Shown here piece after piece: positions 18,678-28,949 of a stretch of 64,000 nt of DNA. The stretch comes from a virus. The notes below the pieces were generated by a model. It was not told the DNA's origin and ran no database searches. It saw only the letters and a list, made by a program, of their open reading frames with translations. The stretch lies in the IMG/VR virus record IMGVR_UViG_3300025732_000019, one strand, 5' to 3'. The first letter of the stretch is position 1. Each line of letters begins with the position of its first letter. Position numbers and translations under genes: made by a program.

Positions 18678-18678
18678 A

Positions 18679-19251
18679 TTATTCAATCGCCATTTTTGAT
18701 TTGCGTGTCTTCTTTCGGCTGGTTTTTTGTTTCATCTCACGACGACGTTCGCGACGTTTGTCGTGATACTCATCAAATCGTTGAATAAACTCTTGCACAT
18801 TCTCATACGACAGCATCTCCGTATCGACGTGAAAGTGGCCACTACCATCCGGAGACGTTTGCGTATCCCCCGAAATGATCGCGTCTTCCATCAAACGATA
18901 CTTGAGATAGGTGTGCTTGCGTTCTCGCTGAATGCGCCGCACAAACGCATAGTAGATCACAGAGGTGAAATATCCAAAAGGATTTTTGGATTTGCGTGGA
19001 TTGAAATTGTGCATATACATCAGACAATTTTCCACGCCATCCGAGATCATATCTTCACGAAACGTGTAGTTGATAAAGTTGGGTCGATACGACAGATGTG
19101 TCGCAATGCGTAAGAAACATTCACCAACAAATTCTGGAATGGGCGGCACACGTCGATTCAACTGTTTTGCTTTTCGACACGCACGGCGATAATCACGTAA
19201 CGCCGCTAAAAATGCTTTATTATCGACGTAATGTTCGGCACTAGACGACAT
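18679..19251 (-). CDS. gp55: Late sigma factor gp55
   Basis: HYVDNK, YRPNFINYT, DMISDGVENC, NPFGYFT..IYYAF.RRI. Confidence 0.97.
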   Translation of the reverse strand: MSSSAEHYVDNKAFLAALRDYRRACRKAKQLNRRVPPIPEFVGECFLRIATHLSYRPNFINYTFREDMISDGVENCLMYMHNFNPRKSKNPFGYFTSVIYYAFVRRIQRERKHTYLKYRLMEDAIISGDTQTSPDGSGHFHVDTEMLSYENVQEFIQRFDEYHDKRRERRREMKQKTSRKKTRKSKMAIE

Positions 19252-19271
19252 GTCACCTCCATAGTTTTTAC

Positions 19272-19300
19272 ATTATACTACATGCATGACAACCGCACAA
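19272..19300 (-). promoter_or_regulatory. sigma70-type promoter for gp55-47-46
   Basis: TTGTGC-17 nt-TATAAT on the minus strand; GGAGGTG RBS. Confidence 0.65.
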
Positions 19301-19310
19301 ATAAGGGGAG

Positions 19311-19339
19311 TTGACAGCATTACATATTCATGATAAACT
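19311..19339 (+). promoter_or_regulatory. Divergent sigma70-type promoter facing an AT-rich non-coding tract
   Basis: TTGACA-17 nt-TAAACT. Confidence 0.5.
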
Positions 19340-19426
19340 AAACGTGAGCAAAGAGAGAGAAAAAAAATACTATATTCTTATAGTATCTAGTACTTAGAAT
19401 CTTATCAAATCTATAACTTAAGTAAC

Positions 19427-20896
19427 TTAAGTATCCGTAGGCATTTTCAGGCATCGATACCAATCTTCCAACGACATTTCATGCATGGAAAATGGAAAGT
19501 GCTCACTGGTGTAATATTGTACACGTTGTTCGGCATGTCGGAATGTATGATTGACAGAGGCACCCACACGAAGATCATCCACAAAGTCAATCAATTTGGC
19601 ATGCGTCTTTCCTTCCGCCAATCGTAATCCACGGCCAATTGACTGCAACACACGAATCTTAGACTTCGATGGGGATGCGAACACTAAGGCATCCAAATTG
19701 GGAATATTCACACCAGTAGACATAGTACCGTATGATGCCACAATAATATGATCGCGACCCTCCGTCACCAATTGCCGAATGCGTTCTCGCTCATCAGCCG
19801 CAATGTCTCCGGAGATGAAATGCACATTCCGATGAGATGCTAAGTTGCAAATTGCGGCATGCAACGGTTTTCCGTGTTTTTCCACATAGTTAAAAAGCAC
19901 CAGCACATTTCCACGCGTGGATGCCGCCAATTGAGCTACAATCTGAAGACGCACGGGATGCTGTACCAAAAACTCCACTTCATCTTGATAGATTGCTCGA
20001 CGTAGATTCCGACACTCATCTTTCGGGTATTTGAGCACACACATTTTCACCTGAAGCGGCGTCAGATGCTGTTGTTCCATGAGTTGTTTGGTAGTCGTGA
20101 CGCGCACCACATCACCAAACAAACCTTCAAGAATCAGTCGATGCGCTTGTGTGTCGTCAAGCGTGCCCGTAAATCCAAAGCGGTTTGCAATTGAGACGCA
20201 CTTTTCTAGCAAGCCCGTCAGTGACTTGGCCTTCGCAAGATGCACTTCATCGACAATGATCGTTCCAAACTGTTCAAAGTATTCTGGAGGCATCTCATAG
20301 ATTGACTGCCATGTTGAAACCACGACAGGTGCATTAATGTCTTTCTCACGACCAGCTTGAATGGTTTGAATAAAATCTGCATTGAACCCGTACGACACAA
20401 AGTCTGATGCCATCTGCGACACCAGACTTGTGGTTGGCACCACGATCAAGGTACGCTGTTGCAACAAACACGTGAGCAAGTAAATGATCAATGATTTACC
20501 ACTGCCAGTAGGAGAAAGAACGATTCCACGTTGTTGTGTGAGCATCGCGACAATCGCGTCATGTTGATATGAGCGCAGTTCGTGAGGCAGTTTTCGTGCT
20601 GCGCGTTCCAGACGCGGTATCAGCGATGACGTATCCACTACAGCAGGCGGTATCAGATTGGTAACAGGATATTGACGTTGTGCGGCAAACTCTAAGACAC
20701 GGGCCAGCAATCCTCGATAGATAAGGTGCCCGCGAAGTTTGAAGAGGTGAATTTTTCCCGACCAATGCCGTTTACGAAACTGCGGCATGAACTTTGCTGA
20801 CTGCACATCGAATGCGAAGTAATCATGCAGTTCTCGTGCTACATGATCGTCGCATTCGATTCGCATCCAGACATGGTCAATAGGCACAAGAGTCAT
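19427..20896 (-). CDS. uvsW: UvsW SF2 DNA helicase
   Basis: SPTGSGKS, DEVH, FGFTGT, LQSIGRGLR. Confidence 0.97.
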   Translation of the reverse strand: MTLVPIDHVWMRIECDDHVARELHDYFAFDVQSAKFMPQFRKRHWSGKIHLFKLRGHLIYRGLLARVLEFAAQRQYPVTNLIPPAVVDTSSLIPRLERAARKLPHELRSYQHDAIVAMLTQQRGIVLSPTGSGKSLIIYLLTCLLQQRTLIVVPTTSLVSQMASDFVSYGFNADFIQTIQAGREKDINAPVVVSTWQSIYEMPPEYFEQFGTIIVDEVHLAKAKSLTGLLEKCVSIANRFGFTGTLDDTQAHRLILEGLFGDVVRVTTTKQLMEQQHLTPLQVKMCVLKYPKDECRNLRRAIYQDEVEFLVQHPVRLQIVAQLAASTRGNVLVLFNYVEKHGKPLHAAICNLASHRNVHFISGDIAADERERIRQLVTEGRDHIIVASYGTMSTGVNIPNLDALVFASPSKSKIRVLQSIGRGLRLAEGKTHAKLIDFVDDLRVGASVNHTFRHAEQRVQYYTSEHFPFSMHEMSLEDWYRCLKMPTDT

Positions 20897-20912
20897 GTGC
20901 CTATTTAGAGGA

Positions 20913-21350
20913 TTAGAGCACGCCGTTACGGAAACGTAAGAAGTCGATGCAGTTTTTCACATGGTAGTTGCGTTGGTTGATTTGCTTCAACACATCTTCA
21001 AGAAACTTGAGGATTTCTTCAAGCAGTGCTTTCTTTTTTAACGCGGTTTGAATATCCGGATCGCCTTCGATATAGACATCCACGTTTTGTGAGAGGATTT
21101 TCAGAGGCAGAGGATCCCATCCCAGTCTGACACGTTCCACATCATCCATCTTGCCTAAAAAGTATTCCCACTTCTGTCGATAGAGTAGTTTGTATTCACT
21201 ATCGACCATGCGATAGCGCAGACGTTCGTGTGAGTAATACTTCCACCATTTTGCATGCAGCAACGGCACATTACGCGCCGCTTCATCAAGGGCAGATAAG
21301 TCGAGATCCGCATCATTCCGCCATTCATTCAAATAGTCATCAAGCGTCAT
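20913..21350 (-). CDS. uvsY: Recombination mediator UvsY
   Basis: PLLHAKW, YIEGDPD, INQRNYHVKNCIDF.RF; adjacent to uvsW. Confidence 0.9.
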   Translation of the reverse strand: MTLDDYLNEWRNDADLDLSALDEAARNVPLLHAKWWKYYSHERLRYRMVDSEYKLLYRQKWEYFLGKMDDVERVRLGWDPLPLKILSQNVDVYIEGDPDIQTALKKKALLEEILKFLEDVLKQINQRNYHVKNCIDFLRFRNGVL

Positions 21351-21370
21351 GCGGATATGATACTACATGT

Positions 21371-21940
21371 TTACTCTGTATGCAAGCGAATATCGAAATT
21401 GGAACATGCAAAAGAGCATGTTGTCGTGAGCAACGGCGGTTCACTGTCGGTGGTTTCAAATGAGACGGCCGATAACTCAAAGGGGAAAATGTCATCATAA
21501 TGAATTTCGGCAATGATCGCACTCGTATCTGGCGTCAGCACCTGTAGTGTGGCATGTGTTTTTTCCAGCATGATCGCTTTCGGTCGTACTGCTCCTACTA
21601 ATGATTCTTGCTTGGCGCGAAACTGTACAACTTCTTCAAACGAATGCGGAAATCCGTATCCCTTCATCCAATAGTACAGACTGAAGTAGTTCTTGAAATG
21701 TGCATCGATGATATACTTGACTTCAAATGTGCTGTAGGAGAGATGATCGCCCGTATGGTGTACGGTGGAGAAGGGGTTGTGTTGCAACACCATACCTGAC
21801 GTCACACTAGGCAATTGCACTGACTGGATGAAAAACGACAAGTCTGGCAGTCTATCAATCGTGAACCGAAAGTGATTGCCGTAGAGGCCGTTTGTGGCCT
21901 GCTGAAAGAGTGACGGCGTGTAGTCTTGTGGAAGTTCCAT
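21371..21940 (-). CDS. gp3: Tail completion / tube terminator gp3-like
   Basis: FRFTIDRLP.LSFFIQSVQLP, GDHLSY, NYFSLYYWM, DIFP..LS tube-fold motifs; synteny. Confidence 0.8.
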   Translation of the reverse strand: MELPQDYTPSLFQQATNGLYGNHFRFTIDRLPDLSFFIQSVQLPSVTSGMVLQHNPFSTVHHTGDHLSYSTFEVKYIIDAHFKNYFSLYYWMKGYGFPHSFEEVVQFRAKQESLVGAVRPKAIMLEKTHATLQVLTPDTSAIIAEIHYDDIFPFELSAVSFETTDSEPPLLTTTCSFACSNFDIRLHTE

Positions 21941-22018
21941 ATCAAGTATTTAGGAGTGCGTTGGCGAACAAAATAAACGGATTGTGTTACTGAAAGGTAA
22001 AGGTATCTAAATACATGC

Positions 22019-22759
22019 ATGGATTACACACGCATTTACCATCAAATTGTAGAACGAGCAAAGACACGCGTGCTTCAAGGATACCACGAGAAGCATCATA
22101 TTGTGCCAAAAGCTTTGGGAGGCACCGACGATGCGAATAATCTTGTCTGTCTCACACCCAAAGAACATTTTGTGTGTCATTTGTGTTTGGTGCGCATGTC
22201 TACTGGAGTAGCAAAAGCGCGTATGTCACTTGCCGCCAAACGACTGATTGACAGCCGCAATCCTGCATACGCACATGTGCGAATAACAGGTCGTCTCTAT
22301 GCGTCTTTACGCGAAACTATTGCGGCAGAGACGAGAGTGCGCATGTCTGCGGTCAATAAGGGAGTACCTAAAAGTGCGGAATGGAAACGGCAGATGTCGG
22401 AGCGAATGAAGGGAAATTCACACGCAAAAGGAACAAAACACACTCCTCGTTCAGAAAAAACGCGAGAACTTCTTAGTCAGCGTGCAAAAGAACGGGCCGC
22501 AAATGGGCGACATCCGATGGCTGGGCGTTCACATTCGAAAGAAACTCGGGAAAAAATATCTCAGGCGAAACGTGGAAAGAAGATGAAGCCTGAACATGTA
22601 GAGGCGATGAGGCAACGAATGACTGGAAAAAAACGAGGTGTGTATCGGGATGTTCACGTAACCTGCCATCCAGAACGACCGCATTTAGCTAAAGGATTAT
22701 GTAGTGCATGTTATTGGAAAACATGGAGGAAAAAGAAAACCGCCGTGGAGTCTGAATAA
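22019..22759 (+). CDS. HNH homing endonuclease with NUMOD3-like repeats
   Basis: EKHHIVPK..GGTD..NNLV.LTPKEHF..H; HSKETREKIS repeats; own CTAAATA at 22007-22013. Confidence 0.85.
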   Translation: MDYTRIYHQIVERAKTRVLQGYHEKHHIVPKALGGTDDANNLVCLTPKEHFVCHLCLVRMSTGVAKARMSLAAKRLIDSRNPAYAHVRITGRLYASLRETIAAETRVRMSAVNKGVPKSAEWKRQMSERMKGNSHAKGTKHTPRSEKTRELLSQRAKERAANGRHPMAGRSHSKETREKISQAKRGKKMKPEHVEAMRQRMTGKKRGVYRDVHVTCHPERPHLAKGLCSACYWKTWRKKKTAVESE

Positions 22760-22771
22760 ACTCCACGGCGG
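22731..22771 (-). terminator. Terminator after gp23
   Basis: CCGCCGTGGAG/CTCCACGGCGG stem followed on the minus strand by TTTTCTTTT. Confidence 0.8.
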
Positions 22772-22809
22772 CCATGTTACGCGTACACTATCAAAGTGTA
22801 CACTTTTTA

Positions 22810-24129
22810 CTACATTAGATTTCTTACGTTGACCAGCCGATAGTACTGATTCGAACGTGACACAATCGAACCATCCGAAGTGCCGTCAGCGTTGCTGAAC
22901 GGATTCGCAACCACGCCGTAGCGGGTCTGGAAGCCGATCTTCGGCTGGAAGCTGTTCGGATCCTGTGCGCGGAGCATCTGCAGCGGCACGTACGGGCAGT
23001 AGAACAAACCTGCATCATACGGGCTGTTACCGCGATAGCCCACCACGAAGTGCTGAGCATCGTTCACAGGTGCGTACGGATCGATGTAGACCTTGTAGCG
23101 ACCCTGCAGAGTACCGACATAGGTCGAACCCGTGTCGTCCACCGACAGCTTGGCGTCATACGCACTGTCGTAGCTCAGGAAATCCGCAGCAGCGAGGGCA
23201 CTCGCGACGTCTGACGAGCAGAGCACGATGTTACCCTTGCCACGACGGGTGGCCTTTGCGATTGCGTTGGCATCGCGCTCGATCTGGAAGAACAGACCCT
23301 TGAACCGCTCAACCATCCAGCGGCCATCCGAATCCGTATCGAGGTCGAACACGCCCGCGGTCGCAACGTTGTTGTTTGCGCCAGCAACGGCACCGAAGTA
23401 GATCGTGCGGATGATCTCACGGTTGATTTCCGCGAGGATTTCCGCCGATAGAATGTTCGCAAGCTCAGTCTCAGCATCCAGACCATGAACCGCCTTCAGA
23501 TCCTGAGCGATTTCGATGGTGTATTCTGCCTTCAGCTTACGGGTCTTTGCAGTCACCGTCACCTTGTCGATGGAGAATGCCATCTCGGGGATTGCGGTGT
23601 TGCCTGAGGTACCAAGACCTTCACCCACGAGCGTTGACATACCACCGGCGTAGGTATAGTTGGTGCTGTTCGACAGCGCCGACGAGTTACCTGACGGCAG
23701 TGTGCCTGTCTGTGATGCAGGGCTACCGAGGCCTGCTGACGCGAACGCAGTGTTCGCCTCATAGAACAGAGCTTCATCGCCACCCTGTGACGAGTACTTC
23801 GACTTCATTGCGAAGATCAGACCCGTCGGGCCCGTCATCGGCTGCACGCCGCACAGATCGTACGCGATCAGATTCGGCATTGCACGGCGAATCAGGGAGA
23901 TCAGGATCGGATCAAAACCCTTAAGGTTCGTCGCACTCGGAAACGCACCCGACTGGTTCGCGGGAGCATCTTCGTTGATCTGCTGAGCCTTCGCCATTTC
24001 GCGGGCGGTGTTCTCCAGCATCATCGTGGTGACCTTCTTCTTCCACGACTCCTTGATTTCGGGCAGATCGGGGTGATTGATCACCTTCGACCACTTGTTC
24101 TTAACGTCTTCTGACAGAAAATCGGCCAT
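22810..24129 (-). CDS. gp23: Major capsid protein gp23
   Basis: LIRRAMPNLIAYD.CGVQPMTGPTGLIFAM, AEINREIIR, FYCPYVPLQ, FQPKIGF.TRYG. Confidence 0.99.
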   Translation of the reverse strand: MADFLSEDVKNKWSKVINHPDLPEIKESWKKKVTTMMLENTAREMAKAQQINEDAPANQSGAFPSATNLKGFDPILISLIRRAMPNLIAYDLCGVQPMTGPTGLIFAMKSKYSSQGGDEALFYEANTAFASAGLGSPASQTGTLPSGNSSALSNSTNYTYAGGMSTLVGEGLGTSGNTAIPEMAFSIDKVTVTAKTRKLKAEYTIEIAQDLKAVHGLDAETELANILSAEILAEINREIIRTIYFGAVAGANNNVATAGVFDLDTDSDGRWMVERFKGLFFQIERDANAIAKATRRGKGNIVLCSSDVASALAAADFLSYDSAYDAKLSVDDTGSTYVGTLQGRYKVYIDPYAPVNDAQHFVVGYRGNSPYDAGLFYCPYVPLQMLRAQDPNSFQPKIGFQTRYGVVANPFSNADGTSDGSIVSRSNQYYRLVNVRNLM

Positions 24130-24174
24130 TGTAGTTAACTCCTAAAAAGCGTGTCTATGACATCGCGTGAAAAC

Positions 24175-24181
24175 TATTTAG
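24175..24181 (-). promoter_or_regulatory. Late promoter CTAAATA for gp23 (representative copy)
   Basis: Same motif on the minus strand at 13526, 20902, 21947, 25513, 27255, 31782, 37985, 43737, 45271, 45857, 46800, 48264, 51362 and 62342, each upstream of a gene start. Confidence 0.85.
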
Positions 24182-24194
24182 TAAAATCCAACTG

Positions 24195-25463
24195 TTACCA
24201 GTTTGACTTCACCTGACGAGAGATCGCGTCTGCCACCGCATCCGCTTCGCTCTTCACCTTGGTAGTATTCTCACTAACCACCTGCACATTTTCCTCAGGC
24301 AGTCGGTCCATCTTTGTTTCCTTTGCACCGAAGTAACTTTCCTTCAACATCCCCAACTTCTCACGGAAGTCTTTCGCATCCACATAATCAGTGTTTTCAG
24401 CGAGCTTAGCCAGCTTCGCCGCTTGTGTTTCACTCATATTACGAGCAAACTCCGCAACAATACGCTTCTTGTTTGCGGCTTCTGCCAACCGACGCAACTT
24501 CAAGTTCTTCGTGTGTTCTTCGTTCAGCTTTGTTTCCAGAGCTTCAACACGCGAAGTCAACGTCTCGACCACATCAACCTTGCTTTCCGGCACGTCAATG
24601 TAGCTTTCCTTGAACAGTGACTGAAGACCATTCAAGAAATTTTCCGCGAGTTCTGTACGCAGGTTCTTGCGCACGTTCACGCGATTCTCTTCCATCCACG
24701 TCTCGACCACCACCGACAGGTAGGTGTTCAGACGATCCGTGAGCTTCTGTTCCGCAACCGCGAGCTTCTGCGAGTAGCGAGCCTTGTAGTGCTCGTTCAA
24801 CTTCGTGCTCACCTGCTTGGTGGTATCCTTGATGGCGCTCTCGAAGATTGCGGCCACGCGCTTTTGCTGTGACGCATCGAATCCGGCGCTCTCGAAGATG
24901 TTTGCTTTTGGCATCTTGACGCGAATGGAGACTGACTCTTCGACCTTCTTCTCGTCGTCGTCTTCCTCGTCCATCTTCTTCTCGTCGTCGGCTTCCTCAT
25001 CCATCTTCTTCTCGTCGTCAGCATCCGCATCCGCACTCTCGTGCACGTCGTCTGCCTTCTTCTCGTCGTCGGCCTCTTCAGCGATCTTCTTTTCGTCGTC
25101 GTCGGCTTCTTCGTCGACCTTCACGTCAACTTTCGCCGGCTCGTCTTCCATCGCTTCGTCGAGCGCCTTGTCGAGATCGTCAACCTCTTCGGCCTTGACC
25201 TCGTCGTCGCCAAACGCCACTTCCACTTCCTTCTCGTCGTCTTCCACAACGCCCTTCAGGTGTGAAGGCTCTGCGGCCACTGAACGTGGAATGGATGTAT
25301 CCTGCCCTTTGACACCCTTCGCGGCGTCAATCTTAGCAGCATTGGGTTCTGTCTCAGGTGTTGTGCCGCCCAGATCGTCGAACGACGCGCCACCAAGATG
25401 TGACGGCTCTTGATTGCGATGCTGCAACTGAGCCGCTGAAACGGGATTGACTAACTCGCTCAT
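24195..25463 (-). CDS. gp22: Prohead core scaffold gp22
   Basis: Acidic linker, AAIFESA, YLSVVVETWMEEN, LFKESYIDVPESK; lies between gp21 and gp23. Confidence 0.92.
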   Translation of the reverse strand: MSELVNPVSAAQLQHRNQEPSHLGGASFDDLGGTTPETEPNAAKIDAAKGVKGQDTSIPRSVAAEPSHLKGVVEDDEKEVEVAFGDDEVKAEEVDDLDKALDEAMEDEPAKVDVKVDEEADDDEKKIAEEADDEKKADDVHESADADADDEKKMDEEADDEKKMDEEDDDEKKVEESVSIRVKMPKANIFESAGFDASQQKRVAAIFESAIKDTTKQVSTKLNEHYKARYSQKLAVAEQKLTDRLNTYLSVVVETWMEENRVNVRKNLRTELAENFLNGLQSLFKESYIDVPESKVDVVETLTSRVEALETKLNEEHTKNLKLRRLAEAANKKRIVAEFARNMSETQAAKLAKLAENTDYVDAKDFREKLGMLKESYFGAKETKMDRLPEENVQVVSENTTKVKSEADAVADAISRQVKSNW

Positions 25464-25531
25464 TGGGTATCTCCTCTAACTGTTCTGTGGAATTCAAATG
25501 AACCACAGATTTTATTTAGTAAAACGCAGTT

Positions 25532-26209
25532 CTATGAAATAGTTGTACCTTGACGTAATGCCTTCATAAACGATTCGAACACCGCACTTTCAATGTGCTT
25601 GCGCTGCGGCACCGTTTTCACCGAGGCGGCATGCAACTGCCGCTCTAACCGTTCAACGGCTGCCGGTGAGAGCACGCCGTTATCCCACACCCATTCACGC
25701 TGTTCACGTAAACCGTGTACAAACGCTTCAGGAGCACTTGGGTCTGCAACGATGTCTGCTGCGGTAGCGAGATAGAAGTCTTCTCCTACGACCGCTGCGT
25801 CGTCATTATCGTGCAATGACCCGACACCGCGTGACGACACACCAAACTTGACACCTTCGTCGATGAACGACTTGACGATTTTGCCGTATGGGGTATCCAT
25901 GATCTTCGCACGCCCAACGAAATCGGTGCCGTTTGGCACCAACTTGGTGATCATGTGCGACACTCGATCCAGATTGATGTGTGGAGAATCAGGATGCCCC
26001 AACTCGCCAAGTGCACGATTCTGCTGCACGTATTCGCGGTTATAGCGTTCGACTTCACGCTCTAGCACCGCATAGGGATAAATGCGACCGTTGCGATTTT
26101 TGACTTCTGACTGAAGAAAAACGCCTTCAATCTGATAGTTTTTCGAACCGTTGTCGACCGCTTCAATCAGCGGGGTGACACGTTCGAACACTTCGGTAAT
26201 GAATTTCAT
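25532..26209 (-). CDS. gp21: Prohead protease gp21
   Basis: NRNGRIYP, ALGELGHP, GVSSRGVGS, DIVADPSAPEAFV. Confidence 0.97.
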   Translation of the reverse strand: MKFITEVFERVTPLIEAVDNGSKNYQIEGVFLQSEVKNRNGRIYPYAVLEREVERYNREYVQQNRALGELGHPDSPHINLDRVSHMITKLVPNGTDFVGRAKIMDTPYGKIVKSFIDEGVKFGVSSRGVGSLHDNDDAAVVGEDFYLATAADIVADPSAPEAFVHGLREQREWVWDNGVLSPAAVERLERQLHAASVKTVPQRKHIESAVFESFMKALRQGTTIS

Positions 26210-26236
26210 GAGTGTTTTCCTAGAAAAAGAAAATCG

Positions 26237-26545
26237 TTACTTCTTCCACGACTCATCTTTGGCTTGATATCCCGCATCAACCGACTTAAAGAATTCGTTT
26301 TTCTTGTCATCCGGAATATCCGCAGGCGAGTCATAGCCGTGCTTCTTCAGCATGCCACGAAAGTATTCTTGATACTTGATGTCATCGGCTGAAGCCGATG
26401 CATCGGCTTCTTCCTTGAAAATCGTCTGACGTTCTGATGCCAAACGATCCGCAACCTTCTGCTGCATAATCTCTGCAAACACTTGATTTGCGTTCGACCA
26501 CGAGGCCGACTTGACGTTCTGAATGAGTTGTGAAAGTGAATTCAT
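26237..26545 (-). CDS. Prohead core protein (gp67/gp68 position)
   Basis: Small helical protein between gp20 and gp21; GAGGA RBS. Confidence 0.6.
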   Translation of the reverse strand: MNSLSQLIQNVKSASWSNANQVFAEIMQQKVADRLASERQTIFKEEADASASADDIKYQEYFRGMLKKHGYDSPADIPDDKKNEFFKSVDAGYQAKDESWKK

Positions 26546-26558
26546 GATGCTTCCTCTA

Positions 26559-27245
26559 TTAGTATCCGGGTACGGCAACAAATCCCGCAGTCTTGCGGAA
26601 TTCCGTGATCACGGTGTATGACAGTGCTGTACCTAATGTACCATCGTTATATGTGCTGATGTAAAAATTTCCAGTCGGGTTGAGCACGGGATTATCGAGT
26701 TGTGCAGGTAGCGCATTCTTGCCAAAATATCCGGAACCGGATAAGAGCATTGACGGAGCAACATACGCAGTTGAGTTCGCATAGGCGCCACCGAACCCTA
26801 ATTCTACCGTCATACCCGCACTGATGGAATACCACACACTTGTGATATCCAAGTTTCTTGCTGGCGTGACAAATGCGCTCGAACTCTTGGAATTACAGGT
26901 GCCCAATGTAGTATTGCCAAACGTAAACGTCAGCACTTCATTATCCGCAAATGCGGTGTTTCCTGTCAGGGCAGTGATTACTGCGGTGTTGACGGCTTTG
27001 TTCCATTCCGATACGATTGCATGCGCATTGCTGGTGGTACCCACAACAACGGCACCGGGTTGAACATACACATTGCTGTTTGCGACCACCAATGAATATG
27101 CCCGAGCCGCAAGAGTAGACACATTGATCTTTAGTGAATCCGTCTCGTTCGCCCCGTTACTGGTGTAATACAAAAAACGAGCGACGAGTCGTGACGACGT
27201 GTCGATGAGAATTTGAACGTTTGCGGTTCCTGATGAGATGGCCAT
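26559..27245 (-). CDS. Putative virion structural protein
   Basis: Own late promoter; S/T/N/G-rich; internal module resembling the inserts in gp13/gp14. Confidence 0.6.
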   Translation of the reverse strand: MAISSGTANVQILIDTSSRLVARFLYYTSNGANETDSLKINVSTLAARAYSLVVANSNVYVQPGAVVVGTTSNAHAIVSEWNKAVNTAVITALTGNTAFADNEVLTFTFGNTTLGTCNSKSSSAFVTPARNLDITSVWYSISAGMTVELGFGGAYANSTAYVAPSMLLSGSGYFGKNALPAQLDNPVLNPTGNFYISTYNDGTLGTALSYTVITEFRKTAGFVAVPGY

Positions 27246-27253
27246 AGTTGGTA

Positions 27254-28936
27254 TTATTTAGTATTTGCAGTCGTCTTCGATGCTGGAGGTACAACATCCG
27301 ATTTCGCTGCCGGGTTAATCTGTACCGTATTGTCGCGAGTTTCCGAACTGCTATCGGTATCGCGCAATGTGGCATCCGCTTCACGATCAAATGATGACGC
27401 TTCTGACGACTCATCTGCCATATCCGCTTGCATAGAGGATAGATCATCATCCGTCAGTTTGAACACTTCACGCTGAATGTATTGCTGTGAGAAGTACTTG
27501 CCGACAAAAGGTTCCAGTGACGTGGCGAGATTCACGCGAGCCGTCATGATTTCGTTTTCTTTGAGTTCTTCGAAATACATATCTTGCTGCCACTTGTAGC
27601 GAATCTGATCCTTAATTTTGTGCCACTCCGCTTCAGTCATGACCTTTTTCAGTCGCAATTGTTTTTCAAGTAGTTGATCAAACAAGTACTGAAATTGGGT
27701 TTGTAGACGGTGTACGAACTTACTAAACCGCAATTCGTCGCGAGTGATTTCTGTTGCGCGGCCCAGTTGAAACCCTTGACCGAATTCCGTACGCGTCGGA
27801 GGCAATCCCAAAGCGCGGTACAACTTCTTGCGGAAGTAATCGACATCTTCCATCTGCGATAGATTCTGCCCTGCAGGTAGCGTCTGTATTTCGGTACCCT
27901 TTCCGCCTTCGCGTCGTGGCAACCAAAAGTCTTCCAGCATCGACATGAACTTGCGGTCGTCGCGAATTTCACCTGTGCCCACATCATAGACCAGCTTATT
28001 ACGATACCGCTGCATTATGTCGTACAGATATTGTTCCGCTTTTTGCTTGGGAAGATTACCCACGTCAATGTAGAACACACGACGTTCTGGTGCACGGGAG
28101 ACGCGATACACCACGCATGAGTCTTCAATCATGCGTAGGAGATTGAGCGGCTTGATCGCCTTATGCAACCATGAGAGCACGGTCTTCTTATTGGCGTCGT
28201 ACAGGCCTGACGGGCAAAACGCTATCGAATCGGTAGTGATACGAATGCCGTTATAATTCAGTAATGCCGCTGTGGGATTTGTGGAACCAGAAATGTTCGA
28301 GGGTGCCACAAACCCCATTGGGTTGTAGACGAAGTACTCGCGTACAACTTCTACGATATCAAACTGTCCTTGCTGATGACGCTTGCGCGCCACTTCACGC
28401 ACTTTTCGAATCGTGCGCGGATCGACAAGGCGTAGTTCTTGAATACCGTCTTGGGGATTCTTTTCGTCGATGACGCAGTGCATATAGAGACGGCCATCCA
28501 CATACCACTGACGCACAATGCTGTATGCATCGCGGTGGAAGTTCAACATCTTGAGAATGTTGTTAAATTCTGCGTGTAGACGGGCTTCGAATTCTTCTCC
28601 CAAATCCACATAATCCAAATTCAGTGAAACGGGAATGCGATCCGCATCCTGCACTACAAGTTCATTGACGATTTGATCGACAGCTTCATCAACTTCAGCC
28701 ACAATCTGCATTTCTCGATAGCGGTTGATGAGTTGAAAGTCATCAACAACCGTGCCATCAAGATCGAGATAGTATCCAAAGTAGCCACCAGCAGTGCCAA
28801 ATTGCACATTGAGCGCGCCATCTTGATTATCCGGTGGAACAAAGCTAACGGTATTCGAGGTTGGGGCGACTAATGATGCAGTTGGGGCCGACGACTTACG
28901 ATTGAAATCAAATTCAAAGCCAAATAAACGTGGCAT
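27254..28936 (-). CDS. gp20: Portal protein gp20
   Basis: WYVDGR, RAPERRVFYIDVGNLPK.KAEQY, EDFWLPRREGGKGTEI, EITRDELRF. Confidence 0.99.
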   Translation of the reverse strand: MPRLFGFEFDFNRKSSAPTASLVAPTSNTVSFVPPDNQDGALNVQFGTAGGYFGYYLDLDGTVVDDFQLINRYREMQIVAEVDEAVDQIVNELVVQDADRIPVSLNLDYVDLGEEFEARLHAEFNNILKMLNFHRDAYSIVRQWYVDGRLYMHCVIDEKNPQDGIQELRLVDPRTIRKVREVARKRHQQGQFDIVEVVREYFVYNPMGFVAPSNISGSTNPTAALLNYNGIRITTDSIAFCPSGLYDANKKTVLSWLHKAIKPLNLLRMIEDSCVVYRVSRAPERRVFYIDVGNLPKQKAEQYLYDIMQRYRNKLVYDVGTGEIRDDRKFMSMLEDFWLPRREGGKGTEIQTLPAGQNLSQMEDVDYFRKKLYRALGLPPTRTEFGQGFQLGRATEITRDELRFSKFVHRLQTQFQYLFDQLLEKQLRLKKVMTEAEWHKIKDQIRYKWQQDMYFEELKENEIMTARVNLATSLEPFVGKYFSQQYIQREVFKLTDDDLSSMQADMADESSEASSFDREADATLRDTDSSSETRDNTVQINPAAKSDVVPPASKTTANTK

Positions 28937-28949
28937 GTAATCACCTTCT

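Noticed and set aside
21941-22809. Absence of gp24 next to gp23 as a novelty
   Set aside because: Many non-enteric T4-like phages lack an adjacent gp24, and it could lie outside the window
24805-25413. Long Ser-rich + strand ORF, and many similar antisense ORFs over 36-62 kb
   Set aside because: Shadow frames of gp22 and the fibre genes caused by codon bias; no RBS, promoter or protein motifs
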